From Octopus vulgaris (taxonomy: Eukaryota): a stretch of 64,000 nt of DNA. This document shows positions 27,833 to 42,429 of this stretch, in pieces (the stretch's first letter is position 1; each line of letters begins with the position of its first letter). The stretch covers positions 18,972,001-19,036,000 of the forward strand of contig OX597842.1 of NCBI GenBank assembly GCA_951406725.2, in the 5' to 3' direction. The notes beneath the pieces were generated by a model. It was given only the letters and a program-made list of their open reading frames with translations, was not told where the DNA came from and did not search any database. Both the position numbers and the translations under genes were made by a program.

Positions 27833-30800
27833 CTGAATGCATTTGATTTGGTTTTTCGAACTCTGTATTATGTTTGAATGCATTTGATTTGGTTTTCGAA
27901 CTCTGTATTATGTTTGAATGCATTTGATTTGGTTTTTCGAACTCTGTATTATGTTTGAATGAATTTTATTTGGTTTTTCGAACTCTGTATTATGTTTGAA
28001 TGCATTTGATTTGGTTTTTCGAACTCTGTAATGCATTTATTTTGTTATTATGTTTGAATGCATTTGATTTGGTTTTTCGAACTCTGTATTATGTTTGAAT
28101 GCATTTGATTTGGTTTTTCGAACTCTGTATTATGTTTGAATGCATTTGATTTGGTTTTTCGAACTCTGTATTATGTTTGAATGCATTTGATTTGGTTTTT
28201 CGAACTCTGTATTATGTTTAAATGCATTTGATTTGGTTTTTCGAACTCTGTATTATGTTTGAATGCATTTGATTTGGTTTTTTTCGAACTCTGTATTATG
28301 TTTGAATGCATTTGATTTGGGTTTTCGAACTCTGTATTATGTTTGAATGCATTTGATTTGGTTTTTCGAACTCTGTATTATGTTTGAATGCATTTGATTT
28401 GGTTTTTCGAACTCTGTATTATGTTTGAATGCATTTTATTTGGGTTTTCGAACTCTGTATTATGTTTGAATGCATTTGATTTGGTTTTTCGAACTCTGTA
28501 TTATGTTTGAATGCATTTGATTTGGTTTTTCGAAATCTGTATTATGTTTGAATGCATTTGATTTGGTTTTTCGAACTCTGTATTATGTTTGAATGAATTT
28601 GATTTGGTTTTTCGAACTCTGTATTATGTTTGAATGCATTTGATTTGGTTTTTCGAACTCTGTATTATGTTTGAATGCATTTGATTTGGTTTTTCGAACT
28701 CTGTATTATGTTTGAATGCATTTGATTTGGTTTTTCGAACTCTGTATTATGTTTGAATGCATTTGATTTGGTTTTTCGAACTCTGTATTATGTTTGAATG
28801 CATTTGATTTGGTTTTTCGAACTCTGTATTATGTTTGAATGCATTTGATTTGGTTTTTCGAACTCTGTATTATGTTTGAATGCATTTGATTTGGTTTTTC
28901 GAACTCTGTATTATGTTTGAATGCATTTGATTTGGTTTTTCGAACTCTGTATTATGTTTGAATGCATTTGATTTGGTTTTTCGAACTCTGTATTATGTTT
29001 GAATGCATTTGATTTGGTTTTCGAACTCTGTATTATGTTTGAATGCATTTGATTTGGTTTTTCGAACTCTGTATTATGTTTGAATGCATTTGATTTGGTT
29101 TTTCGAGCTCTGTATTATGTTTAAATGCATTTGATTTGGTTTTTCGAACTCTGTATTATGTTTAAATGCATTTGATTTGGTTTTTCAAACTCTTTATTAT
29201 GTTTGAATGCATTTGATTTGGTTTTTCGAACTCTGTATTATGTTTGAATGCATTTGATTTGGTTTTTCGAACTCTGTATTATGTTTGAATGCATTTGATT
29301 TGGTTTTTCGAACTCTGTATTATGTTTGAATGCATTTGATTTGGGTTTTCGAACTCTGTATTATGTTTGAATGCATTTGATTAGGTTTTTCGAACTCTGT
29401 ATTATGTTTGAATGAATTTGATTTGGTTTTTCGAACTCTGTATTATGTTTGAATGCATTTGATTAGGTTTTTCGAACTCTGTATTATGTTTGAATGCATT
29501 TGATTTAGGTTTTTTCCGAACTCTGTATTATGTTTGAATGCATTTGATTTGGTTTTTCGAACTCTGTATTATGTTTGAATGCATTTGATTTGGTTTTTCG
29601 AACTCTGTATTATGTTTGAATGCATTTGATTTGGTTTTTCGAACTCTGTATTATGTTTGAATGCATTTGATTTGGTTTTTCGAACTCTGTATTATGTTTG
29701 AATGCATTTGATTTGGTTTTTCGAACTCTGCATTATGTTTGAATGCATTTGATTTGGTTTTTCGAACTCTGTATTATGTTTGAATGCATTTGATTTGGTT
29801 TTTCGAACTCTGTATTATGTTTGAATGCATTTGATTTGGTTTTTCGAACTCTGTATTATGTTTAAATGCATTTTATTTGGTTTTTCGAACTCTGTATTAT
29901 GTTTGAATGCATTTGATTTGGTTTTTCGAAATCTGTATTATGTTTGAATGCATTTTATTTGGGTTTTCGAACTCTGTATTATGTTTGAATGCATTTGATT
30001 TGGTTTTTCGAACTCTGTATTATGTTTGAATGCATTTGATTTGGTTTTTCGAACTCTGTATTATGTTTGAATGCATTTGATTTGGTTTTTCGAAATCTGT
30101 ATTATGTTTGAATGCATTTGATTTGGTTTTTTCGAACTCTGTATTATGTTTGAATGCATTTGATTTGGTTTTTCGAACTCTGTATTATGTTTAAATGCAT
30201 TTGATTAGGTTTTCGAACTCTGTATTATGTTTGAATGCATTTGATTTGGTTTTTCGAACTCTGTATTATGTTTGAATGCATTTGATTTGGTTTTTCACAC
30301 TCTGTATTATGTTTGAATGCATTTTATTTGGGTTTTCGAACTCTGTATTATGTTTAAATGCATTTGATTAGGTTTTTCGAACTCTGTATTATGTTTGAAT
30401 GATTTGATTTGGTTTTTCGAACTCTGTATTATGTTTGAATGCATTTGATTTAGTTTTTCGAACTCTGTATTATGTTTGAATGCATTTGATTTGGTTTTTC
30501 GAACTCTGTATTATGTTTAAATGAATTTTATTTGGTTTTTCGAACTCTGTATTATGTTTGAATGCATTTTATTTGGTTTTTCGAAATCTGTATTATGTTT
30601 AAATGCATTTGATTTGGTTTTTCGAACTCTGTATTATGTTTGAATGCATTTGATTTGGTTTTTCGAACTCTGTATTATGTTTAAATGCATTTGATTTGGT
30701 TTTTCGAACTCTGTATTATGTTTAAATGCATTTGATTTGGTTTTTCGAACTCTGTATTATGTTTAAATGAATTTTATTTGGTTTTTCGAACTCTGTATTA

Positions 30801-31347
30801 TGTTTAAATGCATTTGATTTGGTTTTTCGAACTCTGTATTATGTTTAAATGCATTTGATTTGGTTTTTCGAACTCTGTATTATGTTTAAATGAATTTTAT
30901 TTGGTTTTTCGAACTCTGTATTATGTTTGAATGAATTTGATTTGGTTTTTCGAACTCTGTATTATGTTTGAATGCATTTGATTTGGTTTTTCGAACTCTG
31001 TATTATGTTTGAATGCATTTGATTTGGTTTTTCGAACTCTGTATTATGTTTGAATGAATTTGATTTGGTTTTTCGAACTCTGTATTATGTTTGAATGCAT
31101 TTGATTTGGTTTTTCGAACTCTGTATTATGTTTAAATGAATTTGATTTGGTTTTTCGAACTCTGTATTATGTTTAAATGCATTTGATTTGGTTTTTCGAA
31201 CTCTGTATTATGTTTGAATGCATTTGATTTGGGTTTTCGAACTCTGTATTATGTTTGAATGAATTTTATTTGGTTTTTCGAACTCTGTATTATGTTTGAA
31301 TGCATTTGATTTGGTTTTTCGAACTCTGTATTATGTTTGAATGCATT
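27833..31347. repeat. 41-bp satellite array (tgaatgcatttgatttggtttttcgaactctgtattatgtt), ~85 copies, running into the gap
   Basis: Period read directly (e.g. actctg at 28081 and 28122). Confidence 0.97.
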
Positions 31348-31447
31348 NNNNNNNNNNNNNNNNNNNNNNNNNNNNNNNNNNNNNNNNNNNNNNNNNNNNN
31401 NNNNNNNNNNNNNNNNNNNNNNNNNNNNNNNNNNNNNNNNNNNNNNN
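31348..31447. other. Assembly gap (100 N)
   Basis: Run of n. Confidence 1.
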
Positions 31448-31695
31448 ACTTAAAGAAGATCTCTCTCAGATAGTGCTTGCCTAAACCAACTCACAAAAGT
31501 ATTTAAGTATTAGAAATAGCTGAAGAAATTTCTTTAGCTGCTATTTCTAATGAGTTCAGTATGTGGCAAAGTAATTTATTTTACTAAGCCCTTATATATA
31601 ATGTAATATTTTGAATTCGCCTATAATGGTCCCTTTACATACTGAATACTTGGTGAAATTGATTAATAATTAATTAATTTTACCCTCAATTGTTG

Positions 31696-31731
<36 letters not shown>

Positions 31732-31802
31732 ATCTATATCTATCTATATATATATATCCATCTATATCTATCTATATATATATATCCATCTATATCTATC
31801 TA

Positions 31803-31873
<71 letters not shown>

Positions 31874-32048
31874 ATCTATATATATATATATATATCCATC
31901 CATCTATATCTATATATATATATCCATCCATCTATATCTATATATATATATATATATATCCATCTATATCTATCTATCTATATATATATATATATATCCA
32001 TCTATAACTATCTATCTATATATATATATATATATATATCCATCTATA

Positions 32049-32083
<35 letters not shown>

Positions 32084-32095
32084 CTATATCTATCA

Positions 32096-32145
<50 letters not shown>

Positions 32146-32152
32146 AGTAATG

Positions 32153-33140
<988 letters not shown>

Positions 33141-33173
33141 ATCTATATCTATATATATATATATATATATCCA

Positions 33174-33208
<35 letters not shown>

Positions 33209-33390
33209 ATCTATATATATATATATATATATATATATCCATCTATATCTATATATATATATATATATCCATCTATATCTATATATATATATATATATCC
33301 ATCTATATATATATATATATATATATATCCATCTATATCTATATATATATATATATATATATCCATCTATATATATATATATATATATAT

Positions 33391-33426
<36 letters not shown>

Positions 33427-33929
33427 ATCTATATATCTATCTATCTATATATATATATATCCATCTATATCTATCTATCTATATCCATCTATATCCATCT
33501 ATATCTATCTATCTATATCCATCTATATCCATCTATATCTATCTATCTATCTATCTATCTATATATATATATATATATATCCATCTATATCTATCTATCT
33601 ATATATATATATATATATATCCATCTATATCTATCTATCTATATATATATATATCCATCTATATCTATCTATCTATATATATATATATATCCATCTATAC
33701 CTATCTATCTATCTATATATATATATATCCATCTATATCTATCTATCTATCTATATATATATATATATCTATATCTATCTATATATATATATATATATAT
33801 ATTCATTCAAACATATAAGGGATGGCCATAATAGGACATCCGACTCACTAGAAAGAGCAGTTAAACTCCAAACCACTAATAGTTGTAATTCTGAAATGGA
33901 AAGAGAAATAAAAACGTTTACCCTCTCCT

Positions 33930-34009
33930 TTCTGGACTATGCATAGTTTCGGCAATCTTTTGTAAATAAAATAAATTTATTTACAACTGGCGTTGCCTCT
34001 TCAGCAGAA
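33930..34009 (-). ncRNA. Type I hammerhead ribozyme
   Basis: UUCUG CUGAAGA GGCAA-[UUGUAAAUAAA/UUUAUUUACAA hairpin]-UUGCC GAAA CUAUGCAUAG UC|CAGAA. Confidence 0.88.
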
Positions 34010-34689
34010 TGCCAAGGATTAGCGTATAGCCACGATGCGATAATAGCCATGCCTCGAGTCTATATGCTATAACTTTTCTCCACACCACCCTCTCTGTCCC
34101 TTTGCTTCACTCTCTGGTACCTCTATCCCGCCCTCTCTCTGCCTTTCTTCTCCCTGCTCCCCCTAAGGTCCATCCCCTTGTCTCTCTTTTCCTCCCGGTC
34201 CCTTTTCTTTCTTTCTACTACACCTCTATCCCGCTCACTCTCCCCCTGCTGACCTGCCATTCTTTCTCTTTTTTTTCTCTTTTTTTCTCTTCTCTCAGGA
34301 CAATCCCCTCGTCTCTCTCTCTCTCTCTCTACCCCCCCCCCGGCTGATCTGCCACCTGCTTTTCTCCTTTCTCCTCTCCCTCTCAGGTCAACCATCTTAT
34401 CTTTCCTTCTCTCTCAGTTCCTATATTTCACTCTCACTGTATCTCGGGTCTGCGAGGGAGAAAAATATAAAAGAAGGAAAAATGGCGCACTGACCACTCC
34501 TGAAAGACGATATGCGGATGTAGTGCGCGGTAGCCCAACAAATGGCCGGCTTCACCCAGAGGTGAGAAGGGCAGCAGCTGAACTGCAATCTTTTTTGTGC
34601 ATGTCACAAAAAATTGTTCAGCAGCTGACCTGGCTACAAACAGAAAGCTGGAAGTACCATCACATAAGGCCACCACCACAGACACCACA

Positions 34690-34872
34690 AAAATATTTCT
34701 ACTTAATGTAGGAGGGCTGCTGCGAGGCAACTGTAAAAGGAAAATCTCATTCCTGAGAGACCTTGTGACATGCAATCAAGCTATATGCATGGCACTCACA
34801 GAAACGCATCTTGGACCCGATATAGGGGATGCAGAAATACACATACCGCAATATGCAGTCATACGCTCAGAC
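34690..34872 (+). mobile_element. APE-type endonuclease N-terminal fragment of a LINE (CR1/Jockey-like)
   Basis: KIFLLNVGGL...ICMALTETHLGPDIGDAEIHIPQYAVIRSD. Confidence 0.75.
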
Positions 34873-34955
34873 AACCGATGTTCTCCAGGGGCTGCAAGCT
34901 ACAGTAACACCCACGCTTAGTGGTTAGCCATATTAAGATGGCTAGAATACCTCAC

Positions 34956-35012
<57 letters not shown>

Positions 35013-35159
35013 GGTTAAGTAATTGAGATTCTAGTGAATTCTAAAGAATTCACATGAATATGGTCCTTAACTAGGATGCACCGGAAATCTATATGGTGTT
35101 AACCATACGACAAGTGGGGTGATTACAAATAGGAAAAAAGCAACAAGAATGGATTAAAA

Positions 35160-35247
35160 TCTCGGTACGATCGTTTCGTACGAGGACATCTTTAATAAGC
35201 TACAAAAAATGCAGTGAATACAGATGGCTCGTACTCGTCAGCCGAAA
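35160..35247 (-). ncRNA. Type I hammerhead ribozyme in a ~260-bp insert between (TA)n tracts
   Basis: UUUCGG CUGACGA GUACGAG...CUCGUAC GAAA CGAUCG UA|CCGAGA. Confidence 0.88.
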
Positions 35248-35266
35248 AAACATCAGAGAATTCCCA

Positions 35267-35304
<38 letters not shown>

Positions 35305-35377
35305 TAATAAAGGGTTATTTGCAACAAGTTGCTTAAACCACATACCGAAAATAATAGAAACAGCAGCCAAATAGGCT

Positions 35378-35565
35378 ACTATTACTACAAAAATAAGTCT
35401 CCACAAACAACAGTATTTGCAACCCGTATATGGTAAAAGGAAGGAAGGCAACGAAATCACACAGTCTAATCCAGGAGACCGTGTGATTTCATTGCCTTTC
35501 TTCTTTTTACCATATATGGGTTACAAATACTGTTGTTTGTGGAGACTTATTTTTGTAGTAATAGT
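35378..35565. repeat. Inverted repeat, ~90-bp arms
   Basis: actattactacaaaaataagtctcc...cacagtct pairs with agaccgtgtg...tttttgtagtaatagt. Confidence 0.85.
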
Positions 35566-35575
35566 AATGTCTCTC

Positions 35576-35882
35576 TGGAGCACCGCCTTTAGTCGAGCAA
35601 ATCGACCCCGGGACTTATTCTTTGTAAGCCCAGTACTTATTCTATCGGTCCCTTTTTGCCGAACCGCTAAGTGACGGGGACGTAAACACAGCATCGGTTG
35701 TCAAGCAATGCTAGGGGGACAAACACAGACACACAAACACACACATGCATATATAGGACGGGCTTCTTTCAGTTTCCGTCTACCAAATTGACTCACAAAA
35801 CTTTGGTCGGCCCGGGTGCCACGCAGTGGGACTGAACCCGGAACCATGTGGTTGGTTAGCAAGCTACTTACCATACAGTCAC
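35576..35882 (-). mobile_element. SINE family A
   Basis: Matches family A. Confidence 0.8.
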
Positions 35883-36183
35883 TCAGAATTTCCCAGATTT
35901 TTAACACTTCAATGGGGTCGATCAGAGAAACAGACTCCACAGTTAATATTAGTAATCTACGTGTTCGTTAAACTTTAGTGAGTGAAAGAGCGGGAGGGGG
36001 AAGTAGGAAGTAAGGCGAATGAATACAGTCATATTAAGAGAGAGAGAGAGGGGGGTGGCCACGAAAGGCGGTTATATTGAGAGACAGAGGAGATAGAATA
36101 TGTATGAACGAAAGTAGATATAAACAAGCAAATTGCAGCAAACCTTCGTAATGGTACATCCAGGCGTGTCATAGAGACCATCG

Positions 36184-36253
36184 TATAAATCCGATCGCCG
36201 TTGCTAATTAACCTTTCACTTTCGTATTTCGTGCACATGCGCAGTGTGTAAGT
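36184..36253 (+). promoter_or_regulatory. Candidate core promoter and short non-coding first exon for the downstream GPI-protein gene
   Basis: TATAAAT at 36184, Inr-like TCACTT at 36216 and donor gtaagt at 36248. The ATG exon at 42354 has an acceptor, so an upstream exon is implied. Speculative. Confidence 0.2.
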
Positions 36254-36265
36254 TTTTTGGGCGGG

Positions 36266-36885
36266 GCATCTTTTCCTTTTGGACGGCAGACATTTCTAGT
36301 TAACTAAACACTTTAAAACTTCGTATACTGGTAGAATGTGTCAAAATAAAACATTTTTTTGGATCTTTTCCTTTTGAACGGCAGTTTTCAACACAATTTC
36401 TAGTTAACTAAACACTTTTAAACTTCGTATACTGGTAGAATGCGTCAAAATAAAACATTTTTTTGGATCTTTTCCTTTTGAACGGCACATGTCAACACAA
36501 TTTCTAGTTAACTAAATACTTTTAAACTTCGTATACTGGTAGAATGTGTCAAAATAAAACATTTTTTTGGATCTTTTCCTTTTGAACGGCAGTTTTCAAC
36601 ACAATTTCTAGTTAACTAAACACTTTTAAACTTCGTATACTGGTAGAATGCGTCAAAATAAAAACATTTTTTTGGATCTTTTCCTTTTGAACGGCACATG
36701 TCAACACAATTTCTAGTTAACTAAACACTTTTAAACTTCGTATACTGGTAGAATGTGTCAAAATAAAACATTTTTTTGGATCTTTTCGGTTTGAACGGCA
36801 CATGTCAACACAATTTCTAGTTAACTAAACACTTTTAAACTTCGTATACTGGTAGAATGTGTCAAAATAAAACATTTTTTTCTCT
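36266..36885. repeat. 104-bp tandem repeat (~6 copies) derived from the end of a dispersed ggatcttttc...gaacggcag element
   Basis: ggatcttttc at 36361, 36465, 36569, 36674 and 36778; the same motif recurs at 40453-41560. Confidence 0.9.
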
Positions 36886-37133
36886 TGGCTTTCTTGGGAA
36901 AATTATAATTTGTTTGTTTAACGTCGTTTAATTTTTCGAATTTTAACCAATCCTATGCCCTCTTTTGAGCTAAAATCATTTGCTGCGTCTAAAACTGAGA
37001 CATCATACACACAGAAAGCGTGTGTATAAAATTATTTTGTTTGTTAATTGTTTAAATCATTTCTGTAGGAAAAGGAAAGAAAAAGAATCAGATTTTTTTC
37101 CGTTTGATCGACAGATCGATAGATTAATTTTTT

Positions 37134-38039
37134 TGGCGATCTTTCGTTTGTAGTAGCACGTTTCCGTCGATGATTTCCGTAAAAAACTTTTATTTTTTTA
37201 CATATGGGCTTGCGGGAACATTTGAAGTAATGAGAGCGAAAGAGACTAAGAGGAAGCGATTTTATAACGAGGGAATTTCTTTTGAAGTCCCCGAAGCATT
37301 GATGTACATGTGTGTGTGTGTGTTTGATGGGGTGTGGGAGACAGACAGTATGTTGTGTAAGTGAAGTGCTTCTGTTAGTGTGTGTGAAGAGACAGAGAGA
37401 GTAATGTGTGAAAGAGAGAGATAACTGAAATTTTTTACTCGGTGTATGTGTATATGTATGTGTGTGTGTGTATGTATGTATGTATGGCCGATTCAGTGTA
37501 ATTATTTACTCGGTGTATGTGTATATGTATGTCTGAATGTATGTGTGTGTGTGTGTATGTATGTATGGCCGATTCAGTGTACACTGAATCGGCCATACAT
37601 ACATTCAGACATACATATACACATACACCGAGTAAATAATTACACTGAATCGGCCATACATACATACATACACACACACATACATACATACACACACATA
37701 TGCAGACATACATATACACATACACCGAGTAAAAAATTTCAGTTATCTCTTTCTTTCACACATTACTCTGTCTCTTCACACACACTAACAGGAGCACTTC
37801 ACTTACACAACATACTGTCTGTCTCCCACACCCCATCAAACACACACACACACACACACACATGTACATCAATGCTTCGGTAACTTCTAAAGAAATTCCC
37901 TCGTCATAAAATCGCTTTCTCTTAGTCTCTTTCGCTCTCATTACTTCAAATGTTCCTGCAAGCCCATATGTAAAAAAATAAAAGTTTTTTTTACGGAAAT
38001 CATTGACGGAAACGTGCTACTACAAACGAAAGATCGCCA
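37134..38039. repeat. ~900-bp spacerless imperfect palindrome centred at 37580/37581
   Basis: Centre gattcagtgt|acactgaatc; arms match out to tggcgatctttcg and cgaaagatcgcca. Confidence 0.93.
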
Positions 38040-38427
38040 TTTTTTTTTTTAGCAAAACACTTTCAAACTTAGGACACTGGTAGAATGTGTCATATAGAAC
38101 ATCTTTTACTCCTAGCATTGTTGAGAAAGGTTATTGATTACCAAGTTATTTCATATTTAAGTTGTATTTCTTTAATTTCAACCAATCAATGGCGTGTATT
38201 CAGCTGAATAAAATTACTGCTGTTGTTTGTCAACAACTTCCGGCGATGAATATTTCGTTTGTTACTGTTATTTATGACTTCGTTGGTGCGTTTGAACTGG
38301 TTTTAGCTTTGGGGTTCGGGTTACGGAAAAAAGTGAAAAATGTAGAAATTGGAGGGGAATTCCGATTTTGGGAAATTTTCCGGATTCTCCAAATCCGAAA
38401 AGCTGCATTTTTGGCAAAAAAAAATAG

Positions 38428-38591
38428 GCGCAGCTGTGGCTGTGTGGTAAGTAGCATGTTTACCAACCACATGGTTCCGGGTTCAGTCCCACTGCGTGAC
38501 ACCTTGGGCAAGTGTCTTCTACTATAGCCTCGGGCCGACCAAAGCCTTGTGAGTGGATTTGGTAGACGGAAACTGAAAGAAGCCCGTTGTA

Positions 38592-38628
<37 letters not shown>

Positions 38629-38836
38629 GTGTGTGTGTTTGTGTGTCTGTGTTTGCCCCCCTAGCATTGCTTGACAACCGATGCTGATGTGTTTACGTCC
38701 CCGTCACTTAGTGGTTCGGCAAAAGAGACCGATAGGATAAGTACTGGGGTTACAAAAGAATAAGTTCCAGGGTCGATTAAAGGTGGTGCTCCAGCATGGC
38801 CAGTCAAATAACTGAAACAAGTAAAAGAGTAAAAGA
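38428..38836 (+). mobile_element. SINE family A; further partial copies at ~39394-39565, 40170-40382, 43195-43710 and 47505-47560
   Basis: Matches family A. Confidence 0.85.
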
Positions 38837-40452
38837 GAGAGTAATTTATGAGAAAATGGGTGGGGGACAGAAGTATTTCCAAAAATAGCTGAAAAATAAG
38901 AAAAAGCCCCTAAAAGACCCTTCATAAATTAGATAGTTGAGCTCTGATTGGCTGCATGCAAATGAATTCATAACTGGGGTCCAGAACTCTAGTGGGAAAA
39001 AAATTCACATCTTGGAATCATTGGAAGATTTTTTTTTTCTTTTGCATTGAATGAATTCCACAAAATTCCACAAAACCCATGTTTTGGTCCGGAAAGCTGG
39101 GTGGTGTGTGGTGGAACCCTTGGAGAGTTCACCCCCATTTTCAAATTAGGAGGTCACCGTATTTCATTCAACAAAAAAAGATTCCAATGATTCCAGGATG
39201 GGATGGTGGAGCGGATCTGGGCCCAATCCTTTTCTTTTTTTCTGAAGAAAAGTAAGGGGTTCGCGGTATATTAGAAGGTCAGGGTACTTAATTCCACACA
39301 AAAGATCAGGGTTTTGTTTTTCTTAGTGAAAGTATTAAGATTCACCTTTTTTTTTTATAGCAACTATAGCTTAAAAGGTTGGTATTTGTTTATAGGTGTA
39401 GGACTGGCTGTGTGGTAAGTAGCTTGCTTACCAACCACATGGTTCCGGGTTCAGTCCCACTACGTGGCACCTTGGGCAAGTGTCTTCTTCTATAGCCTCG
39501 GGCCGACCAAAGCCTTGTGAGTGGATTTGGTAGGTGGAAACTCAAAGGACCCTGTCGTATATATGTATATATATATATATATATAATACTTAATAATTAG
39601 GGTTCAGCAAAGATTTGCTTTACCACATACCGAAGGTTTAGAAATAGCAGCCAAAAAACGTTAGCTATTTCTAAACTTCGGTATGTGGTAAAGCAAATCT
39701 TTGCTGAACCCTATTTATTAAGTATTACTTAAGTTTACCATGAAATGGTCCTTTTTTCATGCCGAATTCTACTTGGTGAAATTAATGATTACTTGTTAAT
39801 TAATTAATTTTACCCTTTGTTATTATGTGTATATATATGTATATATTTATATATATATATGTCCCCCACCCATTTTCTCATAAATTACTCTCTCTTTTAC
39901 TCTTTTACTTGTTTCAGTTATTTGACTGCAGCCATGAGAGAGAGAGAGAGAACTCAGCATCTTAAATCTGCTGTAATACTTACACCTTACAATAAAATGT
40001 TGTAGTGTGAAACAATTGTACCAAATTACCGGAGTCATTCTTGTTGCTTATTTTCATTATAATCACCCCAAGGATTTTTATGGATAACACCATTCAAAAT
40101 TCTGGTGCATCTAAATTAAGTACCATATTCATTTGAATCTAAATTGTTGCTGAACTTTATATATGTATGTATGTGTGTGTGTATATGTTTGTGTATCTGT
40201 GTTTGCCCCCCCAACATCGCTTGACAACCGATGGTGGTGTGTTTACGCCCCCGTAACTTAGCGGTTCGGCAAAAGAGAATAAGTACTAGGCTTACAAAGA
40301 ATAAGTCCTGAGGTCAATTTGCTCAACTAAAGGTGGTGCTCCAGCATGGCCACAGTCAAAATGACTGAAACAAGTAAAAGAGTTAGTAAAGCAATGCAAA
40401 TAAACAGGCTTCAGTTCCTTGAATGCAATTTTCAGGATAATATTTCATACAT

Positions 40453-42132
40453 TGGATCTTTTCACTTTGACCGGCAGATTTAAAAAATAATTTTTTTTCT
40501 AACTAAACACTTCTGAACTTCGCATATACTGGTAGAATGTGTTTTTTAAAAAAACATCTTTTTCTCTTGGCTTTATTGAGAAAATTCTATAGTTTGTAAG
40601 ATATTTGGGATCATTTCGGTTTGAACGGCAGTTTTTTAAAATAATTTCCACGTAACTAAACACTTTTAAACTTCGTATACTGGTAGAATGTGTTTATAAA
40701 ACATCTTTTTCTCTTGGCTTTATTGAGAAAATTCTATAGTTTGTAAGATATTTGCTTTTTTTCTTCTTCAATTTCTGCAATTTCGACCAATCAATGACGT
40801 CTATTGAGGTGAAAACATTCGGATCTTTTCTGTTTGAACGGCAGATTTTTAAAATAATTTCCATGTGACTAAACACTTTTAAACTTCGATTACTGGTAGA
40901 ATGTGTTTATAAAACATCTTTTTCTCTTGGCTTTATTGAGAAAATTCTATAGTATGTAAGATATTTGTTGGGTTTTTTTTTCTTCAATTTCTGCAATTTC
41001 AACCAATCAATGACATCTTTTGAGGTAAAAAAAACATTCTGTACCGTATGAATATGTCCCTCATTTAAGAAACAGATTGGGTTTATTTACATTTCTGAAG
41101 AAAAAAAGATGCCCTTTCCGGATCTTTTCGGTTTGAATGGCAGTTTTTTCTAGCGGTGTCATATGAAATTGTCACCCATAATTATGACCCTAGTATCGAT
41201 CTATTGCATTTCAATCTGTTTTAGGGTTAGGGTTGGTTAGGGATGGGGGAAGGGTATCTGCTTTTCTTCAGAAATGTAAATAAACCCAATCTGAACCGGT
41301 AACCATGTGGCTCGTAAGCAAGCTCCTTACCACACAGCCACTCCTGTGCCTAAGTTTTGTCTTTTTTTTTTAAATCCTTTTTGGTTGATGCTTTATGTTA
41401 AATTTTTCTGCTTTCTTTGCATTTTTGTTTTCAAAAATATGTTATATAGGAATGGGTGTGACTGTCATAAGAAGCTTGCGGGTCTTTTCCTTTTGAACGG
41501 CAGACAATTTCTAGTTAACTTTGAAACTTCGTATACTGGTAGAATGTGTCAAAATAAAACGTAATTTTTCTTGGTTTTATTGAGAAAATTCTATAGTTTG
41601 TAAGATATTTTCACTATAAAATCAAGCATTTTGGCAATTTTAACCAATCAAATACGTCCATTTGGAGTCAAAGCATTCTGTGCCGTATGAATATGTCCCT
41701 CCTTTAAGAAACAGATTGGGTTTATTTACATTTCTGAAGAAAAAAAGATACCCTAACCCTAGTCCTAAAATAGATTGAAATGCAATAGATCGATACCAAG
41801 GCCATAATTATTGGTGACAATTTCATATGACACCGCTACGGAAAATGGGATTTTTTTCTAGCGGTGTCATATGAAATTGTCACCAATAATTATGGCCCTG
41901 GTATCGATCTATTGCATTTCAATCTATTTTAGGGTTAGGAGAATGGTATCTTTTTGTCTTCGCAAATGTAAATAAACCCAATCTGTTTCTTAAACAAGGG
42001 ACATATTCATACAGTACGGTTTGTTTTGACTCCAAATGGACGTATTTGATTGGTTAAAATTGCCAAAATGCTCGATTTTAAAGTGGGAATATGTTACAAA
42101 CTATAGAATTTTCTCAATAAAACCAAGAAAAA
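40453..42132. mobile_element. Cluster of related non-autonomous elements (ggatcttttc-start, agggttagg motif; possibly Helentron-associated), ending in an inverted pair at 41565-42132
   Basis: Repeated ggatcttttc..tttgaacggcag starts and gcggtgtcatatgaaattgtcacc blocks in both orientations. Class assignment is tentative. Confidence 0.55.
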
Positions 42133-42356
42133 ATGGCCTTGCTTTTTGCTTTTTGAGCCAAAAAATTAACTTAACTTAACTTGGCAGAATTTGAACCAAG
42201 AATGTAAATATCGATAGAATGCCTCCAAGCATATTGTCCTGCAAGCTGACAATTTACCCAGGTCACCACCTTTGTAAAAGTAAATATCAATAGTTTATTA
42301 CATCGGTCATACTCTGGCGATCAGATTTCATTTTTGTTTTTATATTTTTTCAGATC

Positions 42357-42402
42357 ATGAACTTCACATTGTTATCCATTTCTTTTCTTGTATTAAGTTC
42401 CT
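42357..42402 (+). CDS. Uncharacterised secreted/GPI-anchored protein, coding exon 1 (signal peptide MNFTLLSISFLVLSS)
   Basis: Strong acceptor ttttttcag|ATC ATG; donor T|gtaagt, phase 1. Confidence 0.8.
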
Positions 42403-42429
42403 GTAAGTTTTTTTATTTTATTTTCTTTC

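Noticed and set aside
27833-31347. CRISPR-like regular array
   Set aside because: Head-to-tail monomers without unique spacers, no cas genes, eukaryotic context.
39984-40110. Minus-strand exon-like segment with ag/gtaagt ends
   Set aside because: Stop codons in all three frames.
41221-41240. Telomere-like ttaggg repeats
   Set aside because: Only 2-3 units, internal to a dispersed element.
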